Notes: generated by a model from the letters alone, not told the origin. 64,000 nt of DNA from Acidimicrobiia bacterium (GCA_041747375.1 JBGTFH010000076.1:32671-96670); one strand, 5' to 3'; shown: positions 19,834-30,148, numbered from the stretch's first letter. Translations and numbers: made by a program.

Positions 19834-20952
19834 TCAGTCTGACGCGACTTCCGGCTCAGTGGCAACCACCACTTCGTGCCGTTGGATGCTGGTGGAAATG
19901 ACTGCCTGGATGATGGCCGCCATCGGCAAAGCAAGAATTATTCCGATTGCACCCATAACGGCCCCACCGATGATTATCGCCGCGATCGAAATTGCCGGAT
20001 GAATCGACATGGTCCGTTTGGTAATGCGTGGGGAAATCAAGAAATTCTCAACCTGCTGGTAGAGGACGAAGAAAACCACTACCCAGATGGCGGTTGTCCC
20101 GCTCACCGACAGGGCCACGATCGTGGGAACGATGGCAGCGATATACGTCCCGACGACCGGGACGAACTGGCTCAGGAATCCGACAAAGATCCCGAGCGGA
20201 ACGCTGAACGGCACCTTGAGGAATGTCAGGAACAGGACTGCAACCGTTCCCCCGATCACGGCGAGGATGAGACGCGAATAGATATACCCGCCCATCTTCT
20301 CGACGGCGGTGTCCCAGATCCCCAGCGCCTCATGCTGGCGGGCCTCGGGCATCGTGGAAAGTACCGTCTGTTTCAGCTGGGGTAGTTCCGCCACCATGTA
20401 GAAGGAGAACAATCCCACGGTCACGGCGAAGAAGATGAACCCGAAGATCGTCGACCCGATACCGACGACTCCCCCGAGGACTTCTCCAGCATGGCTGGTC
20501 AGCCATTCCTGCACCGTCGTGGCCTGGTCGGCCAGCTGGTCTTCGGTAAAAGCGAAACCGAACCACCCCTCGACGAGTCGCGCCACCGATTCGACATAAC
20601 TCGGAACGTCTTCGATGAGTTGGCCGACCTGGTCGATCAACAGTGGGACCATCGAAACAATGAAGATCGTGATCAGGGTCAATGCAGCGACGAACACGAC
20701 CCCTGTGGCCGCCCCTCGCTTCCACCCTCGCTTCGCCAGAAAGTGGACCGGTGGTTCCATGGCCACGGCGACAAATATCGACACGAAGACCATGAAGAGG
20801 AGATTGCTGATCTTGAAGGCGAGCCAGATCGTCGCCGCCACAATCAGCAGGACGAAAACAATCGTCAGGATCGTGCGCTTTAGCCTTCGATCCTCCGAGG
20901 CATCGAGTTCCTTCAACGCATCGTCGTCATAGATCCGGTTTCTGACACCCAT
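19834..20952 (-). CDS. AI-2E family (PerM/UPF0118) transporter
   Basis: 372 aa, about 8 TM helices. Overall composition and length are typical of the family. Confidence 0.7.
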   Translation of the reverse strand: MGVRNRIYDDDALKELDASEDRRLKRTILTIVFVLLIVAATIWLAFKISNLLFMVFVSIFVAVAMEPPVHFLAKRGWKRGAATGVVFVAALTLITIFIVSMVPLLIDQVGQLIEDVPSYVESVARLVEGWFGFAFTEDQLADQATTVQEWLTSHAGEVLGGVVGIGSTIFGFIFFAVTVGLFSFYMVAELPQLKQTVLSTMPEARQHEALGIWDTAVEKMGGYIYSRLILAVIGGTVAVLFLTFLKVPFSVPLGIFVGFLSQFVPVVGTYIAAIVPTIVALSVSGTTAIWVVVFFVLYQQVENFLISPRITKRTMSIHPAISIAAIIIGGAVMGAIGIILALPMAAIIQAVISTSIQRHEVVVATEPEVASD

Positions 20953-21028
20953 TGCCAGGCCACGTTACAACCGGGCGACTGCGGAACGCTACGTTCTAGA
21001 TTGGAATCGACAGCGGAGGCATCGGGAA

Positions 21029-22966
21029 TTGAATTTCGACATCGTGTGGACGGCTTCAGAGGCACAGGCGAGACAGTCCAACACATTCAGATTCATGGAA
21101 GCTCATTCCATCGAGAGTTACGGCCAACTGGTCCAGAGATCGGTTGACGACCCTGAATGGTTCTGGGATGAGGTCGTCCGGTTTCTGGGTCTCCCATTCG
21201 ATCCCCCCTACCGGGTGGTTCGCGACACGTCGCGCGGGCACCAATGGGCGACATGGTTCGCCGACGGTGGCTTCAACCTCAGCGTGGCTTGTGTCGATCG
21301 ATGGCAGGACGATCCCGAACGGGTGGCGATACGGAGTGAAAAAGAGTCAGGCGAAATCCGCCACTTGACGTTCGGCCAACTCCTCGAATCAACCGAGAGG
21401 CTCGCCGGCGCACTCCAGGAACTGGGTGTACGCCGTGGAGACGCAGTGGCGGTCTACCTTCCCATGGGCGAAGAGGCGGTCGTTTCGCTGCTCGCCGTGG
21501 CGCGACTCGGCGCGATGTTCATCCCGGTCTTCTCTGGATACGGTGAGGAAGCTGTTGCCAACAGACTCGAAAACCCCAAGCCCAGGGTCCTGATTTGTGC
21601 CGACGGCTTCGAGCGCCGCGGCTCGATGGTGGAAATGAAGGAGATTGCCGACGCGTCGGTAACCCGCTCCGGTGGGGTCGACACCGTGATAGTGGTTGCC
21701 TACTCGGACCGCCCGAACACCCCGATGACGCCTCATCGAGATCACTGGTGGCACGACGTCGTCAATCGAGCAGAGCGCGTGCCAGCTGCCACGACGTACG
21801 CCGAAGACCCGGTCCTCCTCGCCTACACCTCGGGAACCACCGGCACCCCCAAGGGAGCGGTACACGTCCAGGCAGGCCTCGCCGTGAAGATCGCCCAGGA
21901 AGGTGCCTTCCAACTCGACGTCAAGCGGAGCGATACTTTGATGTGGGCAACCGACATGGGCTGGATAATGGGACCGTGGATGGTTATCGCAGGTCTCGCA
22001 AACGGCGCGGCGATTGCCACCTTCGATGGTGCTCCGAACTATCCCGGCCCCGATCGGATGTGGTCTGTGGTTGAGCGGTTGGGCATAACCGTCCTCGGTT
22101 TGTCCCCGACCCTGGTCCGGGCACTGCAACCACACGGTGCCGTCGAGGCTCGAAAACACGACCTGTCCAGGCTCCGTATTTTTGGCTCCACCGGCGAGCC
22201 ATGGAACCCCGACCCCTGGTTTTGGCTATTCGACGAGGTGGGTGAAGGGACGAGGCCGATCGTCAACGTTTCAGGCGGGACCGAGATCGGGGCATGCATC
22301 CTCTCGTGCAATCTCCTTCAGGGGCTCAAGCCGACGTCCCTGGGCGGGCCCTCACTCGGGATGGACGCCGATGTCTACAACGCAGATGGCATACCCGTTC
22401 GTGGCGAGGTTGGTGAACTGGTCATCAGGGGCTCGTGGCCCGGCATGACCCGGGGGTTCTGGAAACAACCCGATCGTTATATCGACACCTACTGGTCGCG
22501 GTTCGACGAGACCTGGGTCCATGGAGATTGGGCAGAGATCGATGCCGACGGGTTCTGGTTCCTGCATGGTCGTTCGGACGACACGCTCAACATCGCCGGG
22601 AAGAGAATCGGCCCGGCGGAAATAGAGTCGGTGGCCGTCGCCGACCCCTCTGTGATGATGGCTGCGGCGATCGGGCTACCGGACGACATCAAAGGGGAAG
22701 GCATCGGGCTGTATCTCGTGGCTGCCCCGGGCATTTCCCCGGACGACGGGTTGTCCGGTCGAATCTCGGACCTGTTGGCGGAAACTCTTGGCAAGTCGTT
22801 TCGGCCCAAGTCGATCGACTGGGTGCCCGACCTGCCCCGGACCCGGTCCGCCAAAATCATGCGCCGCGTCGTGAAGGCGATTGCAGTAGGACTCGACCCG
22901 GGCGATTTGACCAGTCTCGAAAATCCAGAAAGCCTGGAAGGATTGAAGAACGCCGTCAGGGAGTGA
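21029..22966 (+). CDS. ACS-family AMP-forming acyl/acetyl-CoA synthetase
   Basis: 645 aa. DPEWFW N-terminal ACS motif, YTSGTTGTPKGAVH, WATDMGWIMG. TTG start. Confidence 0.8.
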   Translation: MNFDIVWTASEAQARQSNTFRFMEAHSIESYGQLVQRSVDDPEWFWDEVVRFLGLPFDPPYRVVRDTSRGHQWATWFADGGFNLSVACVDRWQDDPERVAIRSEKESGEIRHLTFGQLLESTERLAGALQELGVRRGDAVAVYLPMGEEAVVSLLAVARLGAMFIPVFSGYGEEAVANRLENPKPRVLICADGFERRGSMVEMKEIADASVTRSGGVDTVIVVAYSDRPNTPMTPHRDHWWHDVVNRAERVPAATTYAEDPVLLAYTSGTTGTPKGAVHVQAGLAVKIAQEGAFQLDVKRSDTLMWATDMGWIMGPWMVIAGLANGAAIATFDGAPNYPGPDRMWSVVERLGITVLGLSPTLVRALQPHGAVEARKHDLSRLRIFGSTGEPWNPDPWFWLFDEVGEGTRPIVNVSGGTEIGACILSCNLLQGLKPTSLGGPSLGMDADVYNADGIPVRGEVGELVIRGSWPGMTRGFWKQPDRYIDTYWSRFDETWVHGDWAEIDADGFWFLHGRSDDTLNIAGKRIGPAEIESVAVADPSVMMAAAIGLPDDIKGEGIGLYLVAAPGISPDDGLSGRISDLLAETLGKSFRPKSIDWVPDLPRTRSAKIMRRVVKAIAVGLDPGDLTSLENPESLEGLKNAVRE

Positions 22967-22974
22967 GGTTGGCC

Positions 22975-23559
22975 CTAGACGGGCGGTTGCGGGTCGTACT
23001 GGATCGCCTGCTTGACCTCCCGTGCCCGCCCCTCGGAGTGGAGCCTTCTGACGAGGTGGAGGGCCATGTCGATCCCCGCCGAGACTCCGGCCGCCGTGAC
23101 GATCTCGCCTGAGTCGACGTAACGGTCATCCCGACGCAATTCGATACTGGGATCGATTTCCTTGAGATAGTCGAGTTGCGACCAATAGGTGGTGGCCGGC
23201 CGATTGCGCAAAAGGCCGGCGTCGGCGAAGACAAGTGACCCGGTGCACACCGAGGTCATCAGGGTGCCGGCGTCCCTCAACCCGCTAAGCCAGTTACCCA
23301 GGTCACGGTCGCCTAGGAAGCGACGCGTACCCATCCCTCCGGGAAGCAAGATGACGTCGACCTCCCCCATCATCGATCGAGGGACGTCGGTGACGATTTG
23401 CATCCCCTTGGCACAGGTCACGGTCGGACCGTCCAGGCTGGCGGTGAACACGTCGACTCCATCTTCGGGCCAGTTGAGCTGCCACATCCGGAGGACTTCC
23501 CAGGGCCCAACCAGGTCGAGCTCCTCCATCCCGTCGAAACAAATCAGCCCGATTCTCAT
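22975..23559 (-). CDS. DJ-1/PfpI family protein
   Basis: Internal ATG at 23559 (MRIGLICFDGMEELDL...). Nucleophile elbow SVCTGS. ATGA overlap with the upstream SDR stop. Confidence 0.8.
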   Translation of the reverse strand: MRIGLICFDGMEELDLVGPWEVLRMWQLNWPEDGVDVFTASLDGPTVTCAKGMQIVTDVPRSMMGEVDVILLPGGMGTRRFLGDRDLGNWLSGLRDAGTLMTSVCTGSLVFADAGLLRNRPATTYWSQLDYLKEIDPSIELRRDDRYVDSGEIVTAAGVSAGIDMALHLVRRLHSEGRAREVKQAIQYDPQPPV

Positions 23560-24323
23560 TTGGGAGGCATCCGGGCTGCAGCATCGAGCCGGATTACTTC
23601 CCCGTTGAGCATCGGGTTTTCCACGATCGCTATCACGAGGCGGGCGAAGTCTTCGGGTGTGCCGAGGCGCTTCGGGAAGGCTGCCAGCTGGGCCAGCGAG
23701 TCTTTCAACTCCTGAGGGGCTGAAGCGAGAAGGGGTGTGTCCATGATCCCGGGAGCCACGGTCATACACCGAACACCGATACTCGCCAGGTCTCTGGCCA
23801 GCGGCAGTGTCATCCCGACGATCCCGCCTTTTGACGCCGAATATGCGGCCTGGCCGATCTGACCGTCGAAGGCGGCGATCGACGCGACATTGACGATGAC
23901 GCCCCTCTCCCCTTCGTCGTTGGGTTGGTTGTCAGCCATTACACCGGCGACCGTTCTGATGACGTCGAACATCCCGATCAAATTGATTTCAATGGTTTTG
24001 GCGAATATGCCCAGGTCGTGGGGGGTGCCGTCGCGAGCTATCAAACGGGACGCCGGTGCGATCCCCGCTGCGTTGACCAGAATGTCCACCTTGCCGAAGG
24101 CCTCCCTGACCGCCAGGACCGCAGCACCTACGTCATCGGGGTTGGAAACATCGCAGGGAAAGAAGCTCGCCCGGTCGAGTTGTTCTGCGGCGACCTCTCC
24201 ACGCTCCTCATTGAGGTCGAGCAATGCAACAGATCCTCCATTGGCCACCAGGCGAGACGCAGCCCCAAAGCCGAGCCCCGACGCTCCGCCGGTGATCAGG
24301 GCGACCGATCCGTCAACTTGCAT
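23556..24323 (-). CDS. short-chain dehydrogenase, 3-hydroxyacyl-CoA dehydrogenase type-2-like
   Basis: 255 aa. ITGGASGLG; YSASKGG catalytic YxxxK. Confidence 0.8.
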   Translation of the reverse strand: MQVDGSVALITGGASGLGFGAASRLVANGGSVALLDLNEERGEVAAEQLDRASFFPCDVSNPDDVGAAVLAVREAFGKVDILVNAAGIAPASRLIARDGTPHDLGIFAKTIEINLIGMFDVIRTVAGVMADNQPNDEGERGVIVNVASIAAFDGQIGQAAYSASKGGIVGMTLPLARDLASIGVRCMTVAPGIMDTPLLASAPQELKDSLAQLAAFPKRLGTPEDFARLVIAIVENPMLNGEVIRLDAAARMPPK

Positions 24324-24397
24324 TCCGACAACTCCTTGGACGATGAGCGGCGACGGTACCAGCGCTAATCCGTCGTTCGTGCTGAGATATCACTCAC

Positions 24398-25159
24398 ATG
24401 ATCGGTGTGTTTGATTCGGGGTTGGGCGGGCTCGGCGTACTCAGGGAGATGCTTCCATTGTTCCCGGGCACCCGCATCCGATTCGTGGCCGACCGGGGAA
24501 ACGCCCCATATGGCGTCCGAACCATGGACGAGGTTCGGGATTTGACCCTCGGCCATGCCGGCCGCCTGATCGACGATGGCGCAGGGACGATTGTGATTGC
24601 CTGCAACACCGCGTCGGCTGCCGCCTTGACGAGTTTGCGCGAAGAGTTTCCGGAGACACCGTTCGTCGGTATGGAACCGGCGATCAAGCCGGCCGTGGCA
24701 GCGACGCAGACCGGAGCGATTGCGGTGCTGGCGACCCGTGCCACGTTTCAAGGACAGTTGTTCGCCAGCCTGATCGACGAGTACGCGGCCGATGTCCGCG
24801 TACTCACCAGAGCCGCTCCCGAGTGGGTTGAAGCAGTAGAGGCGGGAGTGATCGAAGGGCCAGGAGTGGAGGCCGTTGTGCGCGCTCACCTCGACCCGTT
24901 GCTCGAGTCCGGAGCTGACGTCGTCGTACTGGGGTGCACCCACTTTCCATTCCTCCTCCCAACGATCAGGAAAGTGGCAGGGGAAGGCGTGACCATCATC
25001 GACCCGGCCGGGGCGGTGGCCCGGCGTGCGGTGGCCATCCACAACGCGCCGGAGGCCGGCGATCTCGACGCCACTGTCAGCGGGGATATCGATCAGTTCG
25101 AATCCCTGGCACACGATCTCACCGGGATCTCATTCCCCGGTGGGGTTCTACCCTTGTGA
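24398..25159 (+). CDS. murI: glutamate racemase
   Basis: VFDSGLGGL, ACNTAS and GCTHFP motifs, which carry the two catalytic Cys residues. Confidence 0.92.
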   Translation: MIGVFDSGLGGLGVLREMLPLFPGTRIRFVADRGNAPYGVRTMDEVRDLTLGHAGRLIDDGAGTIVIACNTASAAALTSLREEFPETPFVGMEPAIKPAVAATQTGAIAVLATRATFQGQLFASLIDEYAADVRVLTRAAPEWVEAVEAGVIEGPGVEAVVRAHLDPLLESGADVVVLGCTHFPFLLPTIRKVAGEGVTIIDPAGAVARRAVAIHNAPEAGDLDATVSGDIDQFESLAHDLTGISFPGGVLPL

Positions 25160-25162
25160 CCG

Positions 25163-26200
25163 ATGAGCACGTACAGCGCCCTCTGGAGCCGACCCGGTCT
25201 CACAATTGCCGGCACGGGCGGGGCGCTACGGGTCGACCCTGGTACCGGCCCTCATCGATATCAACGGGCCCTCCGCGCATTGGAGGAAAGTGGCCGGACC
25301 GTCGCTTTCGCCTCTTTCACATTCGATCCGGCACAGACCGGTTCGGTGGTTGTGATACCCGAAGAGACCGGGAGCCAATTCGTATTCGCACCGGTGATCC
25401 CCGGCGGGAGGCTCGACGAATACGAAGACCCGGGGTGGAGGGCCATGGTCGATTGTGTACTCGATGCGATTGAGTTGGGCCTGGTGTCAAAAGTGGTGCT
25501 GGCGAGACATCTGAATGCCCGGCTCAACGCAGAACCCGACCCTTACGCGATAGCGGCATCGCTCCTGGAACAACAGTACGGATGTCACATCTTTGTGGTC
25601 GATGGGCTTGTCGGAGCGAGCCCTGAGCTCTTACTGAGCCTTGACACAGGGATTCTTCGGTCAACTCCCCTAGCGGGATCGTCCATGCACAGTGACGCCG
25701 AGCTATCAACCGCGAAAATGACCGAGGAACATCTGATCGCAGCTGATTCCGTTGCCGACGCCCTGATCCTCTCGGGCGTGACTTTCGAACGTGAGCCGAG
25801 CGAAGTGCTGGACGTCGGGACAATCAAACACCTCGCAACCAGCTTCACCGGCAAAGTGGAAGCGGGTACGTCGTTTGCGGACCTGCTCCCGCAGATGCAC
25901 CCCACAGCAGCTGTTGCCGGGACGCCGCGCCCGTCGGCGATGGATCTGATCCGCCGACTCGAGGGCAACACGAGAGGCCGCTATTCCGGTCCGGTCGGCT
26001 GGTTCGACACCGAAGGTAATTGCGAGTTCGCGCTCGCCCTGCGTTGTGGGCTGGTGCAGGGCCGGCGGGTGACGCTGCACTCCGGTGCCGGCATCGTGGC
26101 AGGCTCCGAGCCCGGCGCCGAACTGGAGGAAACCCGATGGAAGCTCCAGCCGATGATCGACGCTCTTGGCCTAGATGTTGGATCGAGTCTGACGGGCTAG
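25163..26200 (+). CDS. menF: isochorismate synthase
   Basis: 345 aa chorismate-binding domain (GRYSGPVGWFD...SGAGIVAGSEPGAELEET). Adjacent to menD/menC. Confidence 0.8.
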   Translation: MSTYSALWSRPGLTIAGTGGALRVDPGTGPHRYQRALRALEESGRTVAFASFTFDPAQTGSVVVIPEETGSQFVFAPVIPGGRLDEYEDPGWRAMVDCVLDAIELGLVSKVVLARHLNARLNAEPDPYAIAASLLEQQYGCHIFVVDGLVGASPELLLSLDTGILRSTPLAGSSMHSDAELSTAKMTEEHLIAADSVADALILSGVTFEREPSEVLDVGTIKHLATSFTGKVEAGTSFADLLPQMHPTAAVAGTPRPSAMDLIRRLEGNTRGRYSGPVGWFDTEGNCEFALALRCGLVQGRRVTLHSGAGIVAGSEPGAELEETRWKLQPMIDALGLDVGSSLTG

Positions 26201-27853
26201 CCGGTCGAGTTGATGGCGGACCCTGACGTCGCGGTCACGATCCACGGCCGCGCGAACCACCGTGGGGCCGGACTCCAGGAAGCCGGATTCGATCGCAGCC
26301 AAGACCTCCGCTGTGGTTTCCGCCTCGAGATAGGCAAGACCGTGAAATGCGGCGAGCAACGAGAGTCGGCGGTTCGGCGGCGTGACGAAGAGCCTCTCGA
26401 AGTCGGGTGCCAGCTTTGCCTGAGGCAACAGATCAAAGAGCCCTCCGCCGTTGTTGTCCATCACGAGAAAGACGGTTCCCGGCGGGTCCTCGCCGAGAAA
26501 CCCGTTGCTGTCGTAGATAAACGCGAGATCTCCGGTGTAGGCGACGGTGCGGCCGTAGATCGTGCCCACGCCAACCGCCGTCGACACAAAACCGTCGATA
26601 CCGGACACACCGCGATTGGAGAAGACAGGGCCGTGACGTTCGAGGTGGGCGTCGACATCGCGGGCGGCGAGCGAGGACGCCACAACCAAAGCTTCCCACT
26701 CGGCCGAATCCAGGGTTGACGCCAACCCGGCACCGCTGAGCTCAGTGAGGGAATCCAGATAAGCGCGTGTCGAGGCACGCATGACGGAGTCGGCTTCGAG
26801 CCACGATTGCGACCACCCGTCGCGTTGCGGCCCCACCAGTGCAATGACCGAGTCAGGGGTGGCCTTTACCCCCAACGTCATGGATCCGAACGGGTCGCTG
26901 AATATCCCCCATCGATCGACATGGACCACGGGCGCCCCGGTCGGGATCGAAGCGAGGATTCGATCGGCAGGGTTCAAGTCCCCGACCACGATGACCCCGG
27001 TGGGAGTGAGATCTAGCGGAAATCCATCGACGAGGACATGGTGATAGCCGTTGACGACTCCGCCACCTCTGACACCTGACCGGGAGGTGGCGAGCACGGC
27101 GACTCCTGTCGTCCGTGCGGCCTGGCCGACGAGGGCAGGATCGAAATCGCCGTGCCCGATCGCCAGCAAAACCCGGTCTCCCAGATCCGGCAACTCCGGC
27201 ACCACCATCGATGGCCGGGCCTGTGGAATGAACCAGGGCTGGCCGGCGTCGGCTCCGGAACACTCGAACCGGTAGGGGGCAGACCGGGAGCGCCCGTCAT
27301 CCCCGACCGGCAGGGTTGGCTCTTCGAATGGGACGTTCAAGTGAACCGGTCCCGGCGGGTTCTCGCCTCCCAGCGCAGACGAGAGCGTTCGGGCGACGGA
27401 ATCGCGCCACACGGCGTTTCCATCCACGCCGTCCGAAGCGGCATCCAGACCCACCTGGGCCCGGGCAAAACCATGGAAAATGGCCAGATGGTCCATAGTT
27501 TGATTGGCCCGCCGCCGCACCATGACGGCCGGTCGATCGGCAGTTATCACGACCAGCGGGATCATCGAGCGTTCCGCCTCCACGACAGCGGGGAGGAGGT
27601 TTGCTGCAGCACTCCCCGAAGTTGTGAGCACCGCCACCGGCTCACCGGTGGCCGACGAGAGGCCGAGCGCCCGAAAGGCGGCAGACCTCTCATCGATGTG
27701 CATCTTCAAATCGATCTCGGGTCGACCCGCAAACGCCAACAGAAGTGCCGTGGACCGGGATCCGGGAGATGCCACGACCCGACGAACGCCTCCCCTGATC
27801 ATCTCATCGACGAGGACGGCGGCCAGCGCAGTCGACGGATTGGGATAGGTCAT
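26171..27853 (-). CDS. menD: SEPHCHC synthase (2-succinyl-5-enolpyruvyl-6-hydroxy-3-cyclohexene-1-carboxylate synthase)
   Basis: Internal ATG at 27853 (MTYPNPSTALAAVLVDEMIRGGV...). ThDP motif GDLAFIYDSNG. ATGA overlap with the menC stop. Confidence 0.88.
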   Translation of the reverse strand: MTYPNPSTALAAVLVDEMIRGGVRRVVASPGSRSTALLLAFAGRPEIDLKMHIDERSAAFRALGLSSATGEPVAVLTTSGSAAANLLPAVVEAERSMIPLVVITADRPAVMVRRRANQTMDHLAIFHGFARAQVGLDAASDGVDGNAVWRDSVARTLSSALGGENPPGPVHLNVPFEEPTLPVGDDGRSRSAPYRFECSGADAGQPWFIPQARPSMVVPELPDLGDRVLLAIGHGDFDPALVGQAARTTGVAVLATSRSGVRGGGVVNGYHHVLVDGFPLDLTPTGVIVVGDLNPADRILASIPTGAPVVHVDRWGIFSDPFGSMTLGVKATPDSVIALVGPQRDGWSQSWLEADSVMRASTRAYLDSLTELSGAGLASTLDSAEWEALVVASSLAARDVDAHLERHGPVFSNRGVSGIDGFVSTAVGVGTIYGRTVAYTGDLAFIYDSNGFLGEDPPGTVFLVMDNNGGGLFDLLPQAKLAPDFERLFVTPPNRRLSLLAAFHGLAYLEAETTAEVLAAIESGFLESGPTVVRAAVDRDRDVRVRHQLDRLARQTRSNI

Positions 27854-28809
27854 GTCAGGAGCTCGGCGGCCGAGCGAAGCCTTCGCATCATCTCCGTTGC
27901 ACGTTCGCGATCCGGTGCCCAACGCATCAGTTGCACCTGCTCGGGCTCGACCCGTCTCACATCGAGGAATCCGTCGACAGAGACCAGAGGGTGTGGCGTC
28001 GGATCCCCCTGCAGCAACGAGACAGTTGCCAGTCCACATGCATACGGGAGATCATCGATAAGAGAGGCAACCAGCAACCCGCCATATATTCCCACCGAGG
28101 TCTCCAGAGCCGAAGATACAACGACCGGCAGATCGATTCGATTGATGAGACTCAAGACGCGGGCAACTCCACCCATGGGCTGCACCTTCACAATAACGAC
28201 GTCACAGGCGCCCTGTTCAGTCACCTCGAGGGGGTTGGGGCTGAGACGTATGAGCTCGTCGGCGGCAAGTCGGACCCCGACACGACGTCGGAGTTCGACC
28301 ATCTCGGCAATGGTTGCCACCGGTTGCTCCACATACTCAAAGTCGAATCTGGAAAGGTGCTCGAGGGCCCTGGTCGCCTCTTCGAGATTCCACACTGCGT
28401 TCACGTCGATTCGGATGCGGCCGCCGGGGCCTAATGCGTCGACGACTGCGTCGAGCCGATCTTCGTCTTCTTCGATGGTTGTGCCCGGGTCACCCACCTT
28501 CACCTTGGCGGTCGAGGCGCCGGATTCCCGAACGAGGGCCGCGGCCGTTTCGGGGGGGACCACCGGAACAGTCACGTTGACCGGTATTCGCTCGCGGACC
28601 GGAGACGGCAAGGGTGAGCAGGCGGATTCGAGGGCCGAAGCCAACCACCTGGCGGTCACTTGCGGCGGATAATCAGGAAAGGGTGAGAACTCGCCCCACC
28701 CCTCAGGCCCTTTTATCAGCACTGCCTCCCGATGGTCGACCCTACGAAAAGGATGACGCATCGGAATCCTGACGGGATGGAGTTCCAATGCCTCGAGAAG
28801 CTCGCTCAT
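27850..28809 (-). CDS. menC: o-succinylbenzoate synthase
   Basis: 319 aa enolase-superfamily protein (KVKVG, RIDVNAVW, EYVEQP, LAADE). Sits next to menD. Confidence 0.85.
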   Translation of the reverse strand: MSELLEALELHPVRIPMRHPFRRVDHREAVLIKGPEGWGEFSPFPDYPPQVTARWLASALESACSPLPSPVRERIPVNVTVPVVPPETAAALVRESGASTAKVKVGDPGTTIEEDEDRLDAVVDALGPGGRIRIDVNAVWNLEEATRALEHLSRFDFEYVEQPVATIAEMVELRRRVGVRLAADELIRLSPNPLEVTEQGACDVVIVKVQPMGGVARVLSLINRIDLPVVVSSALETSVGIYGGLLVASLIDDLPYACGLATVSLLQGDPTPHPLVSVDGFLDVRRVEPEQVQLMRWAPDRERATEMMRRLRSAAELLT

Positions 28810-29114
28810 TTCGACTGCTCGTCCCGCAGGTACTCGATCAGCCGCGTTATCTGGTCATCGTCGAGCGACGAGCTAAAAGACGGCATACGACCTCGCCCAT
28901 CGTGAATCGTGACAAAAAGGTACTGATCCGTCTGGTCGGCCGCGTTAGAACCGGGGCCGAGCGCCGGACCGACACCGCCTGAGAGATCGGCGCCGTGGCA
29001 GTTCGAGCAAAGCTGCATGTAGATCTCTTCACCGGTGGCATCCCCGGCCGGTCGGCCGACACAAGCGGTTGTGAGGACTGACATTACGATTAGGAAGCCA
29101 AGCGACCGTCTCAA
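28806..29114 (-). CDS. monohaem class I c-type cytochrome, lipoprotein-type signal
   Basis: 102 aa. Signal MRRSLGFLIVMSVLTTAC, haem motif CSNCH, distal Met candidate in GRGRMPSF. TTG start in a TTGA overlap with the manC-like stop. Confidence 0.8.
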   Translation of the reverse strand: MRRSLGFLIVMSVLTTACVGRPAGDATGEEIYMQLCSNCHGADLSGGVGPALGPGSNAADQTDQYLFVTIHDGRGRMPSFSSSLDDDQITRLIEYLRDEQSK

Positions 29115-30148
29115 TCTCCTTCCCCGTAGTTTTGCTTCAGTTGCTCGACCACCGATCGAATCTGCTGGCCGCTCTCCATCGCGACAACGAGAATCCCTTC
29201 CCCGGTCTCAACGACGACGACTCCCTCGACGCCCACCACCGCAATCGGGCGACCGGATGACCAGACGAGCGAATTGGTGGAATCGACGATTACAACCGGT
29301 CCCTGCGTCGCGTTTCCAGAAGAATCCCGGCTGACGTTCTCCCAGACCGACATCCACGAGCCCACGTCGTTCCAACCGGCGTCCAACGGAACTACAAAAC
29401 CGTTGGGCACTCGCTCCATCACCGCCTTGTCGAAGGAATCGGCGGTTGCCTTCAGGAACTCGCCACCCAGGAACACCCGCCCCGAAGTGTCAGCCGGAAG
29501 CGATGCCCGAACCGAATTGAGAGTTTCCGGGGCGAACTGGTCTGCGGCGGAAATCACCCCGCCGGCACGGGCAATGAACACCCCCGAGTTCCACAAACAG
29601 TCGCCGTTGGCCAGCATTGCCTCGGCCACCACCTTCGAGGGTTTTTCCACGAACGTGTCGATGGCAAAGCCGCCATCAACACCAGCCGGCCCCAACTTGA
29701 TCCACCCATAACCGGTTTCCGCCCTCGACGGGACAACGCCCAGGGTGACGATGCCTCCATTCTCTGCGATTTTGACCGCCTGTTGCACCGACTCGACAAA
29801 TGCAGCAGGTTCGTTGATCAAATGATCGGCGGGGAGGATCACCAAAATGTCTTCGGGTGGAGACGCAAGTGCGGCCGCAATTATCGCCGGAGCGGTATTT
29901 CTCGGTCCCGGCTCAAAAACGATGACGCACTCCGGTGGCGCTTCCCTGGTGACCAATTCATCGTGTCGGGTGCCTGTGAGAACCATCGGAGGATGGTCGG
30001 AAATTAGAGAAGCGCGATCAATGGTCGACCGGAATAAGGACGTGTCACCGAAGAGAGAAAGGAACTGTTTCGGGGTCCCTGCGTGGGAAAGCGGCCATAG
30101 CCGACTCCCGGATCCACCGGAAAGAACAACGGGTCGGATGACGCTCAC
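29111..30148 (-). CDS. manC: mannose-1-phosphate guanylyltransferase (no C-terminal PMI domain)
   Basis: VVLSGGSGSRLWPLS signature at the N-terminus; nucleotidyltransferase fold length. Confidence 0.8.
   Translation of the reverse strand: MSVIRPVVLSGGSGSRLWPLSHAGTPKQFLSLFGDTSLFRSTIDRASLISDHPPMVLTGTRHDELVTREAPPECVIVFEPGPRNTAPAIIAAALASPPEDILVILPADHLINEPAAFVESVQQAVKIAENGGIVTLGVVPSRAETGYGWIKLGPAGVDGGFAIDTFVEKPSKVVAEAMLANGDCLWNSGVFIARAGGVISAADQFAPETLNSVRASLPADTSGRVFLGGEFLKATADSFDKAVMERVPNGFVVPLDAGWNDVGSWMSVWENVSRDSSGNATQGPVVIVDSTNSLVWSSGRPIAVVGVEGVVVVETGEGILVVAMESGQQIRSVVEQLKQNYGEGD

Noticed and set aside
24365-25114. 249-aa minus-strand ORF
   Set aside because: It is antisense to murI, which has unambiguous racemase motifs.
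27152-28672. 506-aa plus-strand ORF
   Set aside because: It is antisense to menD and menC. It has Arg/Ser/Pro-rich low-complexity composition typical of a GC-rich shadow frame.
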